Shown: positions 19,347-28,926, counted from the first letter of the stretch. The stretch: 64,000 nt of DNA from Micropepsaceae bacterium (GCA_035318785.1 DATHDZ010000341.1:15577-79576); one strand, 5' to 3'. Notes: generated from the letters alone by a model not told the origin. Numbers and translations: made by a program.

Positions 19347-20330
19347 ATGAAACGATTCACGCGGCGCGAAATCGTTATTTCCGCGAGCGTTGCTGCGCCC
19401 GCGCTGATCCTGCCGCGCATCGCCCACAGCGCGGCCGCTTTTCCCGCCAAGAACATCCAATTTGTGATTCCCTATGCGCCCGGCGGCGGCTTTGACATCT
19501 ATGTCCGCGTCATCGCGCCGGTGATGGAAAAATACCTGCCGAACAAGGTCAGCATCATCCCGATCAATGTCGCGGCAGGCGCGGGCAGCCGCGGCGTGGC
19601 GCAGCTCTACCGTGCAAAACCGGATGGCTACACGGTCGGCATCCTCAACATCCCGGGCATGTTCATCCTGCAGCAGCAGCAAGGCGCCGGTGCCTATGAT
19701 CTCTCCAAATTTTCCTGGATCGGCAGCATGGGAGAGGGCGAGCGCTATGTCATCAGCGTCGGCTCGAAATCGCCGCTCAAGACCTATGCCGATTTGAAAG
19801 CGCTGTCGGCCAAACGCCCCGTGAAGCTATCCGTCACGGGGCCCGAAGGCACGGCCTTTGCCGCGACCATGATCGGCGCGCAATTGTTGGGGCTGAAGAC
19901 CCAACTCATCACCGGCTACAAGGGCTCGGCCGATTATGTCGTGGCCGCCATTCGCGGCGATTCCGATGCGGTGATCGCGACCATTCCAACCACGCTCCGT
20001 TTTGTGCGCGGCGGCACCCTCCGTCCGCTGGCGAGCTTCGAGACGCATTCGAGCTTCCCCGGTATCCCGGATGCGACGACGCTCGGCCAGCCGGAGCTCG
20101 ATAACATCTCCGTGGAGAGGCTGATTGCCGCCCCACCGGGCCTGCCGGTCGACATCCAGAACACGCTCTCCACCGCGCTCGCCAAAGCGCTGGCCGATCC
20201 TGTGGTGGTGAAGTGGGCAAAAGAGAACGACCTGATCATGAAGCCGAGAACGCCCCAGGAAACCGCTCGAATTATCGCGGATCAACGCGCCTTCTTCGAC
20301 AAATGGAAGAAATATCTGGTCACCGGTTGA
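19347..20330 (+). CDS. tctC: Tripartite tricarboxylate transporter substrate-binding protein (Bug/TctC family), copy 2
   Basis: MKRFTRREIVISASVAAPALIL signal. Collinear with copy 1 along its whole length (about 70% identical over the stretch I counted by eye). Confidence 0.9.
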   Translation: MKRFTRREIVISASVAAPALILPRIAHSAAAFPAKNIQFVIPYAPGGGFDIYVRVIAPVMEKYLPNKVSIIPINVAAGAGSRGVAQLYRAKPDGYTVGILNIPGMFILQQQQGAGAYDLSKFSWIGSMGEGERYVISVGSKSPLKTYADLKALSAKRPVKLSVTGPEGTAFAATMIGAQLLGLKTQLITGYKGSADYVVAAIRGDSDAVIATIPTTLRFVRGGTLRPLASFETHSSFPGIPDATTLGQPELDNISVERLIAAPPGLPVDIQNTLSTALAKALADPVVVKWAKENDLIMKPRTPQETARIIADQRAFFDKWKKYLVTG

Positions 20331-20399
20331 CCCGGATTGGCCGTTGGGCCACTTGTTCGCCGTCCGCGCCGGTAGCGTTGCCATAGGGGTGTTTCTCTG

Positions 20400-21917
20400 A
20401 TGTTGGACATGTGGCTCGGCGGTCTGCAGGGCCTGCTGCACATCGACGTGTTGTTGTTTGTCCTTCTCGGCATGGTGATAGGCCTCGTTTTCGGCGCTAT
20501 CCCCGGTCTTGGCGGCACCACGGCGATCGCCCTTCTGATGCCGCTCACCTATGGGATGGAGCCGTTCACCGCGCTTGCATTGGCGGGCGGCGTCATGGGC
20601 TCCGTGCCGATGGGCGGTTCGATTACCTCCATCCTCCTCAACACACCCGGTACGGCGCCCAATGCCGCGACCTGCCTCGACGGTCACCCTTTGGCGCAAC
20701 AGGGCAAAGCGGGGCTGGCGATCGGGGCGGCCGGAAGCGCCAACGCCCTGGGGGCGATCATCGGTACCGTTTCGGTATTGGCGGTTCTTCCTATCGCCAG
20801 CGATCTGGTTCTGTTGTTCGGACCCCCGGAATTCTTCCTGATGGGCCTCTTCGCGCTCGCTGTCGTCGCGACCACCTCACACGGCAAAGCGTTGCGCGGG
20901 CTCGTCGCAGGGGGCCTCGGCCTGATGATCGCTTTTGTCGGCTACAACGACATCGCCGGCGGCGAACGGTTCACCTTCGGTGTCGAATATTTGTGGGACG
21001 GCATCCATCTGGTGCCTGCTTTGATCGGGCTTTTCGCCGTCGCGGAAATGATCCATCTGATGATCAAGGGCGGTTCGGTCGCAAAGAGCGCGGCCGCCGT
21101 CAAGATCACCAGCATGACAAGCGGCCTGGTCGAGACCTTCCGCCATTGGCCCACGGTGCTCCGCGGCTCCTTCATTGGAACGACAGTGGGCGCGATCCCC
21201 GGCCTCGGCGGAACGGTTGTCGCGTTCCTCTCCTACAGCGTGACCGCACAGGCCTCGAAGAATCCGGAATCCTTCGGCAAGGGCAATATTCAGGGCGTCA
21301 TCGCCCCCGAGGCCGCCATCTGCGCCCATGACTGCAGCGCGCTGATTCCCACCCTGACCTTCGGCATTCCCGCCGGTGCGGAGATGGCGGTCTTCATGGG
21401 CCTCTTGATCATCCACGGCATGCAGCCCGGGCCCTTGATGCTGCGCGATCATCAGGTCGAGATTTACGGGCTGATCTGGGCGCTGACGGCGTCCTGCGTG
21501 CTGGCGTCCTTCGTCGGCCTGCTGTTCGTGCGGCCGCTTTCCAAAATCACCTTGCTGGATTCGGGAATCCTGGTGCCGCTTGTTCTGAGCACCGCCTTGG
21601 CAGGGTCCTTTGCCATCGACATGACGATCGAGAACGTCGTTGTGACGGCCGTCTTCGGCGTGTTGGGCTACATGATGATGCGATACGATTATCCGCGCCT
21701 GATGATCGTCGTGGCGCTTGTGCTCGGCGGCAATATCGAGCGGAATTTCCATCAGTCGATGCTCATGGGCGACGGCGGCTGGTCGGTGTTCTTCAGCCGC
21801 ACCATCTCCATCATCCTCATGATCGCGACCGTCGCGGTGTTGCTGCTTCCCGTCTTCCGCGGCGTACTCCAACAATTCCACCCGCGAAAGGTTCAGGCCG
21901 AGAGAGGCCATTCGTGA
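20400..21917 (+). CDS. tctA: Tripartite tricarboxylate transporter large permease TctA
   Basis: 505 aa polytopic protein. GAIPGLGGTTAIALLMPLT and GAIPGLGGTVVAFLSY duplicated motifs are typical of TctA. Confidence 0.9.
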   Translation: MLDMWLGGLQGLLHIDVLLFVLLGMVIGLVFGAIPGLGGTTAIALLMPLTYGMEPFTALALAGGVMGSVPMGGSITSILLNTPGTAPNAATCLDGHPLAQQGKAGLAIGAAGSANALGAIIGTVSVLAVLPIASDLVLLFGPPEFFLMGLFALAVVATTSHGKALRGLVAGGLGLMIAFVGYNDIAGGERFTFGVEYLWDGIHLVPALIGLFAVAEMIHLMIKGGSVAKSAAAVKITSMTSGLVETFRHWPTVLRGSFIGTTVGAIPGLGGTVVAFLSYSVTAQASKNPESFGKGNIQGVIAPEAAICAHDCSALIPTLTFGIPAGAEMAVFMGLLIIHGMQPGPLMLRDHQVEIYGLIWALTASCVLASFVGLLFVRPLSKITLLDSGILVPLVLSTALAGSFAIDMTIENVVVTAVFGVLGYMMMRYDYPRLMIVVALVLGGNIERNFHQSMLMGDGGWSVFFSRTISIILMIATVAVLLLPVFRGVLQQFHPRKVQAERGHS

Positions 21918-22411
21918 AGCGGTTCTTGGGTACGCCTCTGATCGACTATCTGCCGGCCTTTGCGCTGCTCGTTATCGCCATAGCCTATCTGGCGACCGGT
22001 TACAGCTACACGCCCCAGGCGCGTGCATTCCCGGTCAGCGTCGCGTGGGCGACGATCGTGCTTGTTGCGCTCGATATCACCTCGCGCACGCATACGGCGT
22101 TGGGGGAAACACTGACGCGCTTGTTCAATCCGGCAGCCAGCGCCGGGCACGATGAAAAACGCCCGGCATACCCGGCATGGAAACAGATCTCGGCGGTGTT
22201 GTGGGCTACGGGATTCGTCGTCCTGATCTTGCTGATCGGGTTTCTTTATGCGATCCCGATCTACGTATTTGCGTCGACATATTTCCGCGGCCGCAAACGC
22301 CTTTTGTTGTGCCTGCTGGTGAGCGCCGGGGTGACCCTGTTCATCTGGCTGCTGTTCACGCAAGTGCTCAAGCTGGAGCTTTACCCAGGCGTGTTGTTCA
22401 GTGAATTTTGA
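21914..22411 (+). CDS. tctB: Tripartite tricarboxylate transporter small subunit TctB-like
   Basis: 165 aa, 4 hydrophobic helices. GTG start overlapping the tctA stop (GTGA). The position next to tctA supports the call. Confidence 0.7.
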   Translation: MKRFLGTPLIDYLPAFALLVIAIAYLATGYSYTPQARAFPVSVAWATIVLVALDITSRTHTALGETLTRLFNPAASAGHDEKRPAYPAWKQISAVLWATGFVVLILLIGFLYAIPIYVFASTYFRGRKRLLLCLLVSAGVTLFIWLLFTQVLKLELYPGVLFSEF

Positions 22412-22420
22412 GGGGAACGC

Positions 22421-23929
22421 ATGACGGAAGCGGAAGGCGGGAGGATCTTCTTCTCCAGCAAAGGACGCACGCTCGAGGGCGAGGACGAAATCGTCATCCT
22501 CTCCGTTGGCGTCGATATCGGGTCATCGACATCGCATCTGGTGTTTTCCCGCATCGTGCTGGAGCGGCTCGACAGCCGTTACGTGGTGACGACGCGCGAG
22601 ACTTTCTACGAATCCGACATTCTGCTGACGCCTTACACCGAAGAAGAATCCATCGACGCCGAAAAACTCGGCGCCTTCATCCAGAAACAATATGGCTTCG
22701 CCAAGGTGCAGCCGGATGAGATCGACACTGGCGCGCTGATCCTCACCGGCGTCGCGGTGCGCCGGAAGAATGCGCGCGCCATCGCGGACCTCTTCGCGGC
22801 CCAAACCGGCAAGCTGGTCGCGGTGAGTGCCGGCGACAGCCTTGAAACCGTCATGGCTGCGTATGGTTCGGGCGCGGTGCAGCGTTCCTCACGCGACAAG
22901 GCGATGGTGATGAATGTCGACATCGGCGGGGGCACATCGAAAATCGCCGTTTGCTCCGGCGGCAAGGTCATCGACTTGACGGCCGTCGACGTCGGAGCAC
23001 GTTTGGTCGTGACCGATGCGGATGGCCGCATCACGCGGATGGAAGAAGCGGGCCGCCAGTTTGCCGCCGAGCTCGGACTGAAGCTCGCCATCGGCGCAAC
23101 CCTGAAACCGGAAGATGCCCGCGCCTTGGCGGCGCGCATGGCGGATAGGCTGTTCGATGCGATGCGGGGCAACTCGCCCAAGGTGGGGGCTTCGTCCCTG
23201 CTGCGGCTCGATGCTCTCACGCATCGCGGCGATATCGACGAGGTGACGATTTCCGGCGGTGTCTCGGAATTCGTCTATGGCCGCGAAAAGGGCAGTTTCG
23301 GCGATCTTGGACCGCTGCTCGGGCAGGAAATCTGCGCCCGGATCGAAGCCTGGGGACCTCGCCTCGAAAAGCCCAGTGAAGGCATCCGCGCCACGGTGAT
23401 CGGCGCCTCGCAATACACGACCCAGGTCAGCGGCAGCACGATCTATGTCTGGCCGATGGAAATCCTTCCCTTGCGCAACGTGCCCGTGATCGCGCCCGAC
23501 ATGCGTATCGACGGTGAAGAGATTGACCCGAACCAGGTCGCGGCCGCGATCAAAGCGGTGTTGAAGCGGCTCGACCTCGCGGACGGCGAGAAACCCGTCG
23601 CCGTGTTCGCGCCCTGGCGCGGTTCGGCGACCTTCGCGCGCCTCGACGCGTTCTGCCGCGGCATCGTCGACGGACTCGCCAATGTGCTCGCCCATGGCCA
23701 TCCCATCGTGCTGGTGGGCGATGGCGATGTCGGCGGCCTGACCGGCATTCACATGCGCGAAGAGCTAGGGCTCGATTTCCCTGTCGTCTCGATCGATGGG
23801 CTTGAGCTTAAGGAGTTCGACTACATCGATATCGGCGCGATCTTGGATACGTCGGGCGCCGTACCGGTGGTGATCAAGTCGCTGATCTTCCCCTCGACGG
23901 CCGCGCTAGGCAAAGCCGGCGCAAAATAG
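22421..23929 (+). CDS. EutA-family ASKHA ATPase (ethanolamine ammonia-lyase reactivase-like), orphan
   Basis: ILSVGVDIGSSTSHLVFSRI, IDTGALILTGVAVRRKNARAI, VSAGDSLETVMAAYGSGA, MNVDIGGGTSKIAV, IRATVIGASQYTTQVSGSTIY, PLRNVPVI and VPVVIKSLIFPS align motif-for-motif with E. coli EutA as I remember it. Starts 10 nt after the tctB stop. Confidence 0.8.
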   Translation: MTEAEGGRIFFSSKGRTLEGEDEIVILSVGVDIGSSTSHLVFSRIVLERLDSRYVVTTRETFYESDILLTPYTEEESIDAEKLGAFIQKQYGFAKVQPDEIDTGALILTGVAVRRKNARAIADLFAAQTGKLVAVSAGDSLETVMAAYGSGAVQRSSRDKAMVMNVDIGGGTSKIAVCSGGKVIDLTAVDVGARLVVTDADGRITRMEEAGRQFAAELGLKLAIGATLKPEDARALAARMADRLFDAMRGNSPKVGASSLLRLDALTHRGDIDEVTISGGVSEFVYGREKGSFGDLGPLLGQEICARIEAWGPRLEKPSEGIRATVIGASQYTTQVSGSTIYVWPMEILPLRNVPVIAPDMRIDGEEIDPNQVAAAIKAVLKRLDLADGEKPVAVFAPWRGSATFARLDAFCRGIVDGLANVLAHGHPIVLVGDGDVGGLTGIHMREELGLDFPVVSIDGLELKEFDYIDIGAILDTSGAVPVVIKSLIFPSTAALGKAGAK

Positions 23930-24025
23930 CACTCCGCCCGCCGTGCCATGCTCGTAGCGCGCACGGCGCAAAACCGCGCTTACGCACCGCCGGAAGAGCA
24001 TTGATGTATAAAGGGGCCTGCCCTC

Positions 24026-24487
24026 TTAGCGCGGACTTGTGCAGACCGAGCGGGACGTATGAGCGTCGGCATCGTCCGATGCCCTGCTCCATAACAGCTC
24101 ACCGGCGCCATCGTCGTCGAGGCTAAAGAGGAAGTGTTCGAGACCGCCGGCACCGCCGGCTATCATCAAGTGAATAAGGTTATCCCCGAGGGCCATGTCG
24201 AATATGTCGGCACCCGAGGCGCGAAGACTTTGTTCGCCTTCGCCATGCCAATTCAGCACCACGTCAAAGCCCTTGTCGTCTCGCGCCAGCGCGACCTGCG
24301 ACGCAGCGCCGGTCGCTGAGCCGAGGCGCGCATCGGCAAACGCCTGAGACAGCTTGGCTAAGGGAGCCATTTGAGTCGCCGACAGCGGAGTGAGGTCCGG
24401 TCTGGAGCAAACCGTAAGGATATCGGCCACTGCCGGTGTCACAAACAGGGCCAAGACTGTCACAATTGAAATACCAAGACGGCCCAT
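24026..24487 (-). CDS. Small secreted hypothetical protein
   Basis: MGRLGISIVTVLALFVTPAVA signal peptide. 153 aa. No recognisable domain. Confidence 0.55.
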   Translation of the reverse strand: MGRLGISIVTVLALFVTPAVADILTVCSRPDLTPLSATQMAPLAKLSQAFADARLGSATGAASQVALARDDKGFDVVLNWHGEGEQSLRASGADIFDMALGDNLIHLMIAGGAGGLEHFLFSLDDDGAGELLWSRASDDADAHTSRSVCTSPR

Positions 24488-24654
24488 TCGAACTCAGCCC
24501 TTTGAAAATACGTGGTTCTTCGAAGACGGCGCGAGGTGTCAATGTCCTGCTAGAACGTTTTTGTAACGGTTTCATGACAAACCCGTGAAAGTCGGGGCGT
24601 ATGGTGATATTATTTCCCCGGCTTGAGGTTGGGCCGTTTGCGTAGGAGGTAGGA

Positions 24655-25002
24655 ATGCGCGGCAAGAAAGTTTGGATTGCGTCTTTGGCATCGGTGATGT
24701 TTATCGCGCTTCCTCGGATGGCGGCTGCCGAAGAAGGCATCGCGCTTGACGCGCTTCGGGGCCACGATTGGGTCGTCGCGGAACAGCAACTCTTGGCTGG
24801 ACTCGAGAAGAATCCGAGCGACGTATTCAGTCGGCTCAATCTCGCCTGGGTCTACGCCCAGACTGGCCGAAAGGCGGAAGCTGCTGCAATTTATCGGGAC
24901 GTCCTGAAGCGTGATGGGGACCGTTTTGCGTCCACTCCGCGCGCCGGAACGTCGGTTACGCTGCTTGCAGAACGTGGACTTGCTCTGTTGAAGAACAAGT
25001 AG
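24655..25002 (+). CDS. Small secreted TPR-like protein
   Basis: GGAGG RBS. Signal peptide MRGKKVWIASLASVMFIALPRMAAA. NPSDVFSRLNLAWVYAQTGRKAEAAAIYRDVLKRD is a TPR-type helix pair. Confidence 0.55.
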   Translation: MRGKKVWIASLASVMFIALPRMAAAEEGIALDALRGHDWVVAEQQLLAGLEKNPSDVFSRLNLAWVYAQTGRKAEAAAIYRDVLKRDGDRFASTPRAGTSVTLLAERGLALLKNK

Positions 25003-25042
25003 TGCAACGATTCACCGCAGCGTGGAGCGGTTGGGATGAATG

Positions 25043-25068
25043 GGCGTGGCACCAAGAGATGCCACGCC
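25043..25068. terminator. Shared hairpin between the convergent TPR-like and TonB-receptor genes
   Basis: GGCGTGGCA-ccaagaga-TGCCACGCC, a 9-bp perfect stem. No clear U-run on either strand. Confidence 0.35.
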
Positions 25069-25084
25069 ATCCTTACAGTCTTTG

Positions 25085-27583
25085 CTAGAACCTCACCGAG
25101 CCCTCGATGCCAAAGGTGCGCGGAGGGTTGAAGTTGGCATAGTCGCCCAGCACATTGGCGTTGGCCGCGGACCGGCGATAGATGTGCGTTTCGTCGGCCA
25201 AGTTGCGCACCCAGACCGATAACGTCAGCGTCTGCCCAAACGAGCCTACCGGAATCTCGGAGAGCGCGACGCGGCCGTTGACGATGAAACTGGAGTCTGT
25301 CTTCACGGGCTCAGCCTGGAAGCTGTAGGTGGCATCGGCGTAGTTGGCGTCCAGGTGAAAACGCGCGCTCATTCCACCATTGCCTAGCGGCAGCTCATAA
25401 TCGAGGAACGCCGAGGCGGCATTGGGTGGCGTGAACACGACGAACACCGGGAACAGCACATTGCCGAGGAACGGGTTCGGCGTCGCCGGCACCTTGACGT
25501 CTGTGTAGGAGTAGGCCGCACCCACCGTCAGCCCGTCGGTCACCCTGACAGTCAACTCCGCTTCGGCGCCCCGGATCTTTGACGTGCCGGGAGCATTGCG
25601 GGTTTCTTCGGTGTGAAGGTTGAAGGTCGGGCTGGTCGGATTGGTATCGACATTGTCGAAATCCGTTTGTGTGCCGGTACGATCCATGATGTAGCCCGCC
25701 ACGTTCAGGCGAACACGGCGATCGAACAGGTCCGTCTTCGCGCCGATTTCATAGGACTTCACCTCTTCCGGGCCGAAAGCAGTAAAAGTCTGCGAGCGGT
25801 CGTTCGCACCGCCGGCGCGGAAGCCGGTCGCATAGGTGGCGTAGAGATTGATGTCCGGCGTCGCATCGTATGCCAGCGTGACCATGGGATCGAACCGGCT
25901 GTTGTCGAATTTGAAGGGGAAATTCGTGGGCAGGTTTACGACGGTGAAAAGGACGCCGTCGCGTTTGTCCTGCGTGTACCGTCCCCCGGCCGTGAGGTGC
26001 GCCATTTCGAGGAACGCCGGTGTCCAGGTCAAACTGCCGAAAGCGGAATAGCTCTCCGCTTTCGCCCGGCTGGCGCGCTGCACGAACCACGAACTCGGGT
26101 CCCACCCCTGGTTTGCGGAGGTGATGGGAGGAAAAACGATCTCGCTGTTGATCGTGTAACCGGTGCCGGTGGCATTCCACTTGTTGCTCGACGGCGTCGC
26201 CGCCTTTTCGGAGGCGTGTTCATTGAAGTAGTAGAGTCCGAACACGTAGTCGACCTGCGGGAAGCTGCCGATCGCCTGGAACTCCTGGCTAAACTGATGT
26301 TGCTGCAGCATGGAAAGACTGTAGCGGCTGAAATTGGCGTTCGGGGCGAAGATGGTACGGTGCGCGCCGCCCGAGTTGTCCCACTGATCGGTCGATACGC
26401 CGCGCCAAGCGGTGATCGAGCGCAGCTCCAGATCGGGCAAGAGCTCGTATTTGAGCAATGCCATCGCCCCGTCCGTCTTATCCAGGCTCTGCTGCTGCGG
26501 TACGCCGATTTCGGCCACGTTCTGACGGTCCGCATGGACCTGAACCAGCGGCGACAGCGGTGCGATGCAGGTCGAGCAGGTGGGGGCGCCGGCGGGACTG
26601 CCGGGCGCAACCAGCCGGAGGGTGACCGGATCATAGACGCCGACCGTTTTTTTGTTCGGGTTGTAGTTTACGAGCTGGCTGTAGAATGGCGTGTTGTAGT
26701 CGACGCCGGAATCGACGGCGATGTCGGCGGTGAAGTTGGCGGCCGGCGTCCAGCGCGCGGCAATGCGGCCGCCGTAGCGGTTGAAGTAGTCCCAGCCGGT
26801 TTGGCCCGCCAGCGGGTTGCTGACCGTCGCATTCTGGTGCTCGATCACGCCGTCGATTTTGACGGCGATGTTGGCGGTTGTCGGGAGGTCAAGATGCAGC
26901 CCGCTGCTGTACGAGCCAAAGTTGCCGATGCCGCCAGTAACGCGGCCACCGAACACGCCCGAAGGCGCCTTGGTGATAATGCTGACCGCGCCTCCTTCGG
27001 TGTTTCGGCCGAACAGCGTCCCTTGCGGTCCCCTCAGCACTTCGATGCGCTCAACGTCCAGCAGCGCGGTATCCAGACCCTGCTGGCGACCAAGATAAAC
27101 GCCATCGAGATAGATACCGACGCCCTGGTCGCGCGCGGTCTGGTTGGCGTCGAACGGCACGATGCCGCGAATGCCAACGGTCAGCGCCGATTGGCGCGCC
27201 TCAAAGGTTGCGATACGCAGGCTCGGAATCGCGCCGCCGGCCAGATCGAGCAGGCTTTGCACATGCCGCTTCTCCAGCTCCTCGGTGTTCACGACCGCGA
27301 TTGCGATCGGCGTCTCCTGCAACAAGGTTTCGCGCTTGAACGCCGTCACGAGGACTTCTTCGGGCGCTGATGTCGCCGCCTGCGCCACCGTGGTGGGCGC
27401 GGAAGCCGGTGTGGCTTGGGCGACGACGATCGTTTTCTGGTCATCGGCCTGGTGCCGTCCAATCGTGAGCGCCGGATTCGGCGGCGTCACTTCAACCGGC
27501 GCCGGCGCGTCGCCTGCCCAAGCCGGCTGCGCTACGGCATATGCGAGCGCGGCAAATGCCGCGCCTTGAAGATAATTTTTCAC
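25085..27583 (-). CDS. TonB-dependent outer-membrane receptor
   Basis: Signal peptide, plug-domain motifs (IEVLRGPQGTLFGRNTEGGAVSIITK), long beta-barrel, terminal ...FGIEGSVRF. GTG start. Confidence 0.95.
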   Translation of the reverse strand: MKNYLQGAAFAALAYAVAQPAWAGDAPAPVEVTPPNPALTIGRHQADDQKTIVVAQATPASAPTTVAQAATSAPEEVLVTAFKRETLLQETPIAIAVVNTEELEKRHVQSLLDLAGGAIPSLRIATFEARQSALTVGIRGIVPFDANQTARDQGVGIYLDGVYLGRQQGLDTALLDVERIEVLRGPQGTLFGRNTEGGAVSIITKAPSGVFGGRVTGGIGNFGSYSSGLHLDLPTTANIAVKIDGVIEHQNATVSNPLAGQTGWDYFNRYGGRIAARWTPAANFTADIAVDSGVDYNTPFYSQLVNYNPNKKTVGVYDPVTLRLVAPGSPAGAPTCSTCIAPLSPLVQVHADRQNVAEIGVPQQQSLDKTDGAMALLKYELLPDLELRSITAWRGVSTDQWDNSGGAHRTIFAPNANFSRYSLSMLQQHQFSQEFQAIGSFPQVDYVFGLYYFNEHASEKAATPSSNKWNATGTGYTINSEIVFPPITSANQGWDPSSWFVQRASRAKAESYSAFGSLTWTPAFLEMAHLTAGGRYTQDKRDGVLFTVVNLPTNFPFKFDNSRFDPMVTLAYDATPDINLYATYATGFRAGGANDRSQTFTAFGPEEVKSYEIGAKTDLFDRRVRLNVAGYIMDRTGTQTDFDNVDTNPTSPTFNLHTEETRNAPGTSKIRGAEAELTVRVTDGLTVGAAYSYTDVKVPATPNPFLGNVLFPVFVVFTPPNAASAFLDYELPLGNGGMSARFHLDANYADATYSFQAEPVKTDSSFIVNGRVALSEIPVGSFGQTLTLSVWVRNLADETHIYRRSAANANVLGDYANFNPPRTFGIEGSVRF

Positions 27584-27843
27584 TGATGATCCCCCGGGGA
27601 TTGTTGACGTTTGCGAAAGTCCCCGGGGCGGGCGTCAGAACTGCGACAATCAGGTGAATTTTTTACGACAGCGCTAGCGCAAGATTGTCACGCGTGGGCC
27701 GGACGGCCAAGCTGGAAGCACCATATCGTATGCCAGCGTGGCAATTGCGAGCGGGTAAGGTCCGTGACACTGGTGTGAAGGCATGCCACGGGTCAACCCG
27801 CAGTGAAATCGACCTGCGCGGCTAGCGCGAGCGGAGGAATGCG

Positions 27844-28710
27844 TTGCGCCTCTTCATAGGACGCTTCTGGAGCTTCAGGCCCGAGCATCTGCCGTTCATC
27901 ACCTTTGCGCGGGCGGTATACCGCGACAGCCTCTTGGCCGACTCTGCAGCGGGCGATCGCATCGCGATGGTGGTGACGCGAAAGGAAAGCGTCATTCCCC
28001 AGAACCGCGGACGGCTGCTGGGCATGGCGGAGATAGGCGCTCATCCGGTCGACACGGCTGATGTTGTCGATTCCGCGGCGATGACGCCGCGCGAATGGCT
28101 GGGCGGGGAGCCGCGCTGTCCCAAAGGCATACCGATGCTACGGGCTTGGCGCTTTCTCCAGCCGCCTGCGGTGCCGGTGGTCATCGACGCGGCGTTGCCG
28201 CAAACGACGGGCGGTCCCGCTATTCTTCTCACTGCCAAGCAAGCGACGCAGATCACGGCATTCCCGTATGAAGCGGTCCCGCTTCGGCAGAGCCGATGGC
28301 TGCTAAACGGAATCCCCTGGGCGAAAGACGGCACCAGACGCGGGGACGCCTCAGGTTCAGCGGCTCGGCCCGCAGAAACGGAACAGGGCGAAGTGCTCGT
28401 CTTGCGATTCGGCAGCCGCGATGTTTGGCGAATTGGAAATTCCTTCGATCCTAGGCGAAACATCGAAGCCATGAATCGCGATATCCCCTGGAGTGTCACC
28501 CAAGAACGTTGGGTGATTTTGTACCGGCGGCCGATATCCTCCGAAGCGGACGCGCTCGTCTGCGAGATGAAGCTGATGGAGCTGCTGATGCAGCATCGGA
28601 TCGCCGGCGGGTTTTTTGCATGCAGCGCCACGACAATTGAGCGCGTCTGGAATGAGACTCTCGCTGCGACGCGCATCGTCTGGACAAAGGGAGGCATCGC
28701 AGCGTCGTAA
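27844..28710 (+). CDS. Hypothetical protein with possible C-terminal GIY-YIG-like (T5orf172/MUG113-type) domain
   Basis: TTG start 6 nt after a GGAGG RBS. The frame opens only at 27826. Residues about 183-268 (VLVLRFG..VWRIGNSFDPRRNIEAMN...ADALVCEMKLMELLMQHRIAGGFFAC) fit the hydrophobic-IG-x-dpxxR...E..lH..f...GEwF pattern from memory. N-terminal half unassigned. Confidence 0.55.
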   Translation: MRLFIGRFWSFRPEHLPFITFARAVYRDSLLADSAAGDRIAMVVTRKESVIPQNRGRLLGMAEIGAHPVDTADVVDSAAMTPREWLGGEPRCPKGIPMLRAWRFLQPPAVPVVIDAALPQTTGGPAILLTAKQATQITAFPYEAVPLRQSRWLLNGIPWAKDGTRRGDASGSAARPAETEQGEVLVLRFGSRDVWRIGNSFDPRRNIEAMNRDIPWSVTQERWVILYRRPISSEADALVCEMKLMELLMQHRIAGGFFACSATTIERVWNETLAATRIVWTKGGIAAS

Positions 28711-28926
28711 ACAGCGATATCGCCGAGAACGGGAATCTCCCTTTAGGTCGCCTACCGTCGAAAGGCGCTCCCGTCGCAGAGAGAATCCCGTCTGGTGGCA
28801 CTACCGGATCGAAATCCGGTCTGAGTAGCGTATTCGTACAGGCCCGGTAGAACCGAGGTGGTCTCTTTCGTCACGGCCTTCAGTTCGTTCGGATCGATGC
28901 CGCGCGCGGGGGGACCTACCTCCTGC

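Noticed and set aside
24264-24839. 191-aa minus-strand ORF bridging two small genes.
   Set aside because: It overlaps both the signal-peptide-bearing 24026-24487 gene and the RBS-preceded 24655-25002 gene. It has no RBS or recognisable motifs.
27584-27843. 260-bp leader of the TonB-dependent receptor, searched for cobalamin (B12 box), TPP (CUGAGA/ACCUGAUC) riboswitch elements and Fur/Irr/RirA boxes.
   Set aside because: Only an isolated ACCTGAT heptamer, a GCGCTAGCGC palindrome and a distant GACAATC/GATTGTC pair were found. No consensus core could be assembled.
28781-28835. CCGGA-tcgaaa-TCCGG (28804-28819) resembling a tRNA T-arm, considered as a tRNA fragment or att-site remnant in the islet.
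   Set aside because: The loop is 6 nt rather than 7. There is no acceptor-stem complement, no CCA context and no anticodon arm. It is insufficient to call a tRNA relic.
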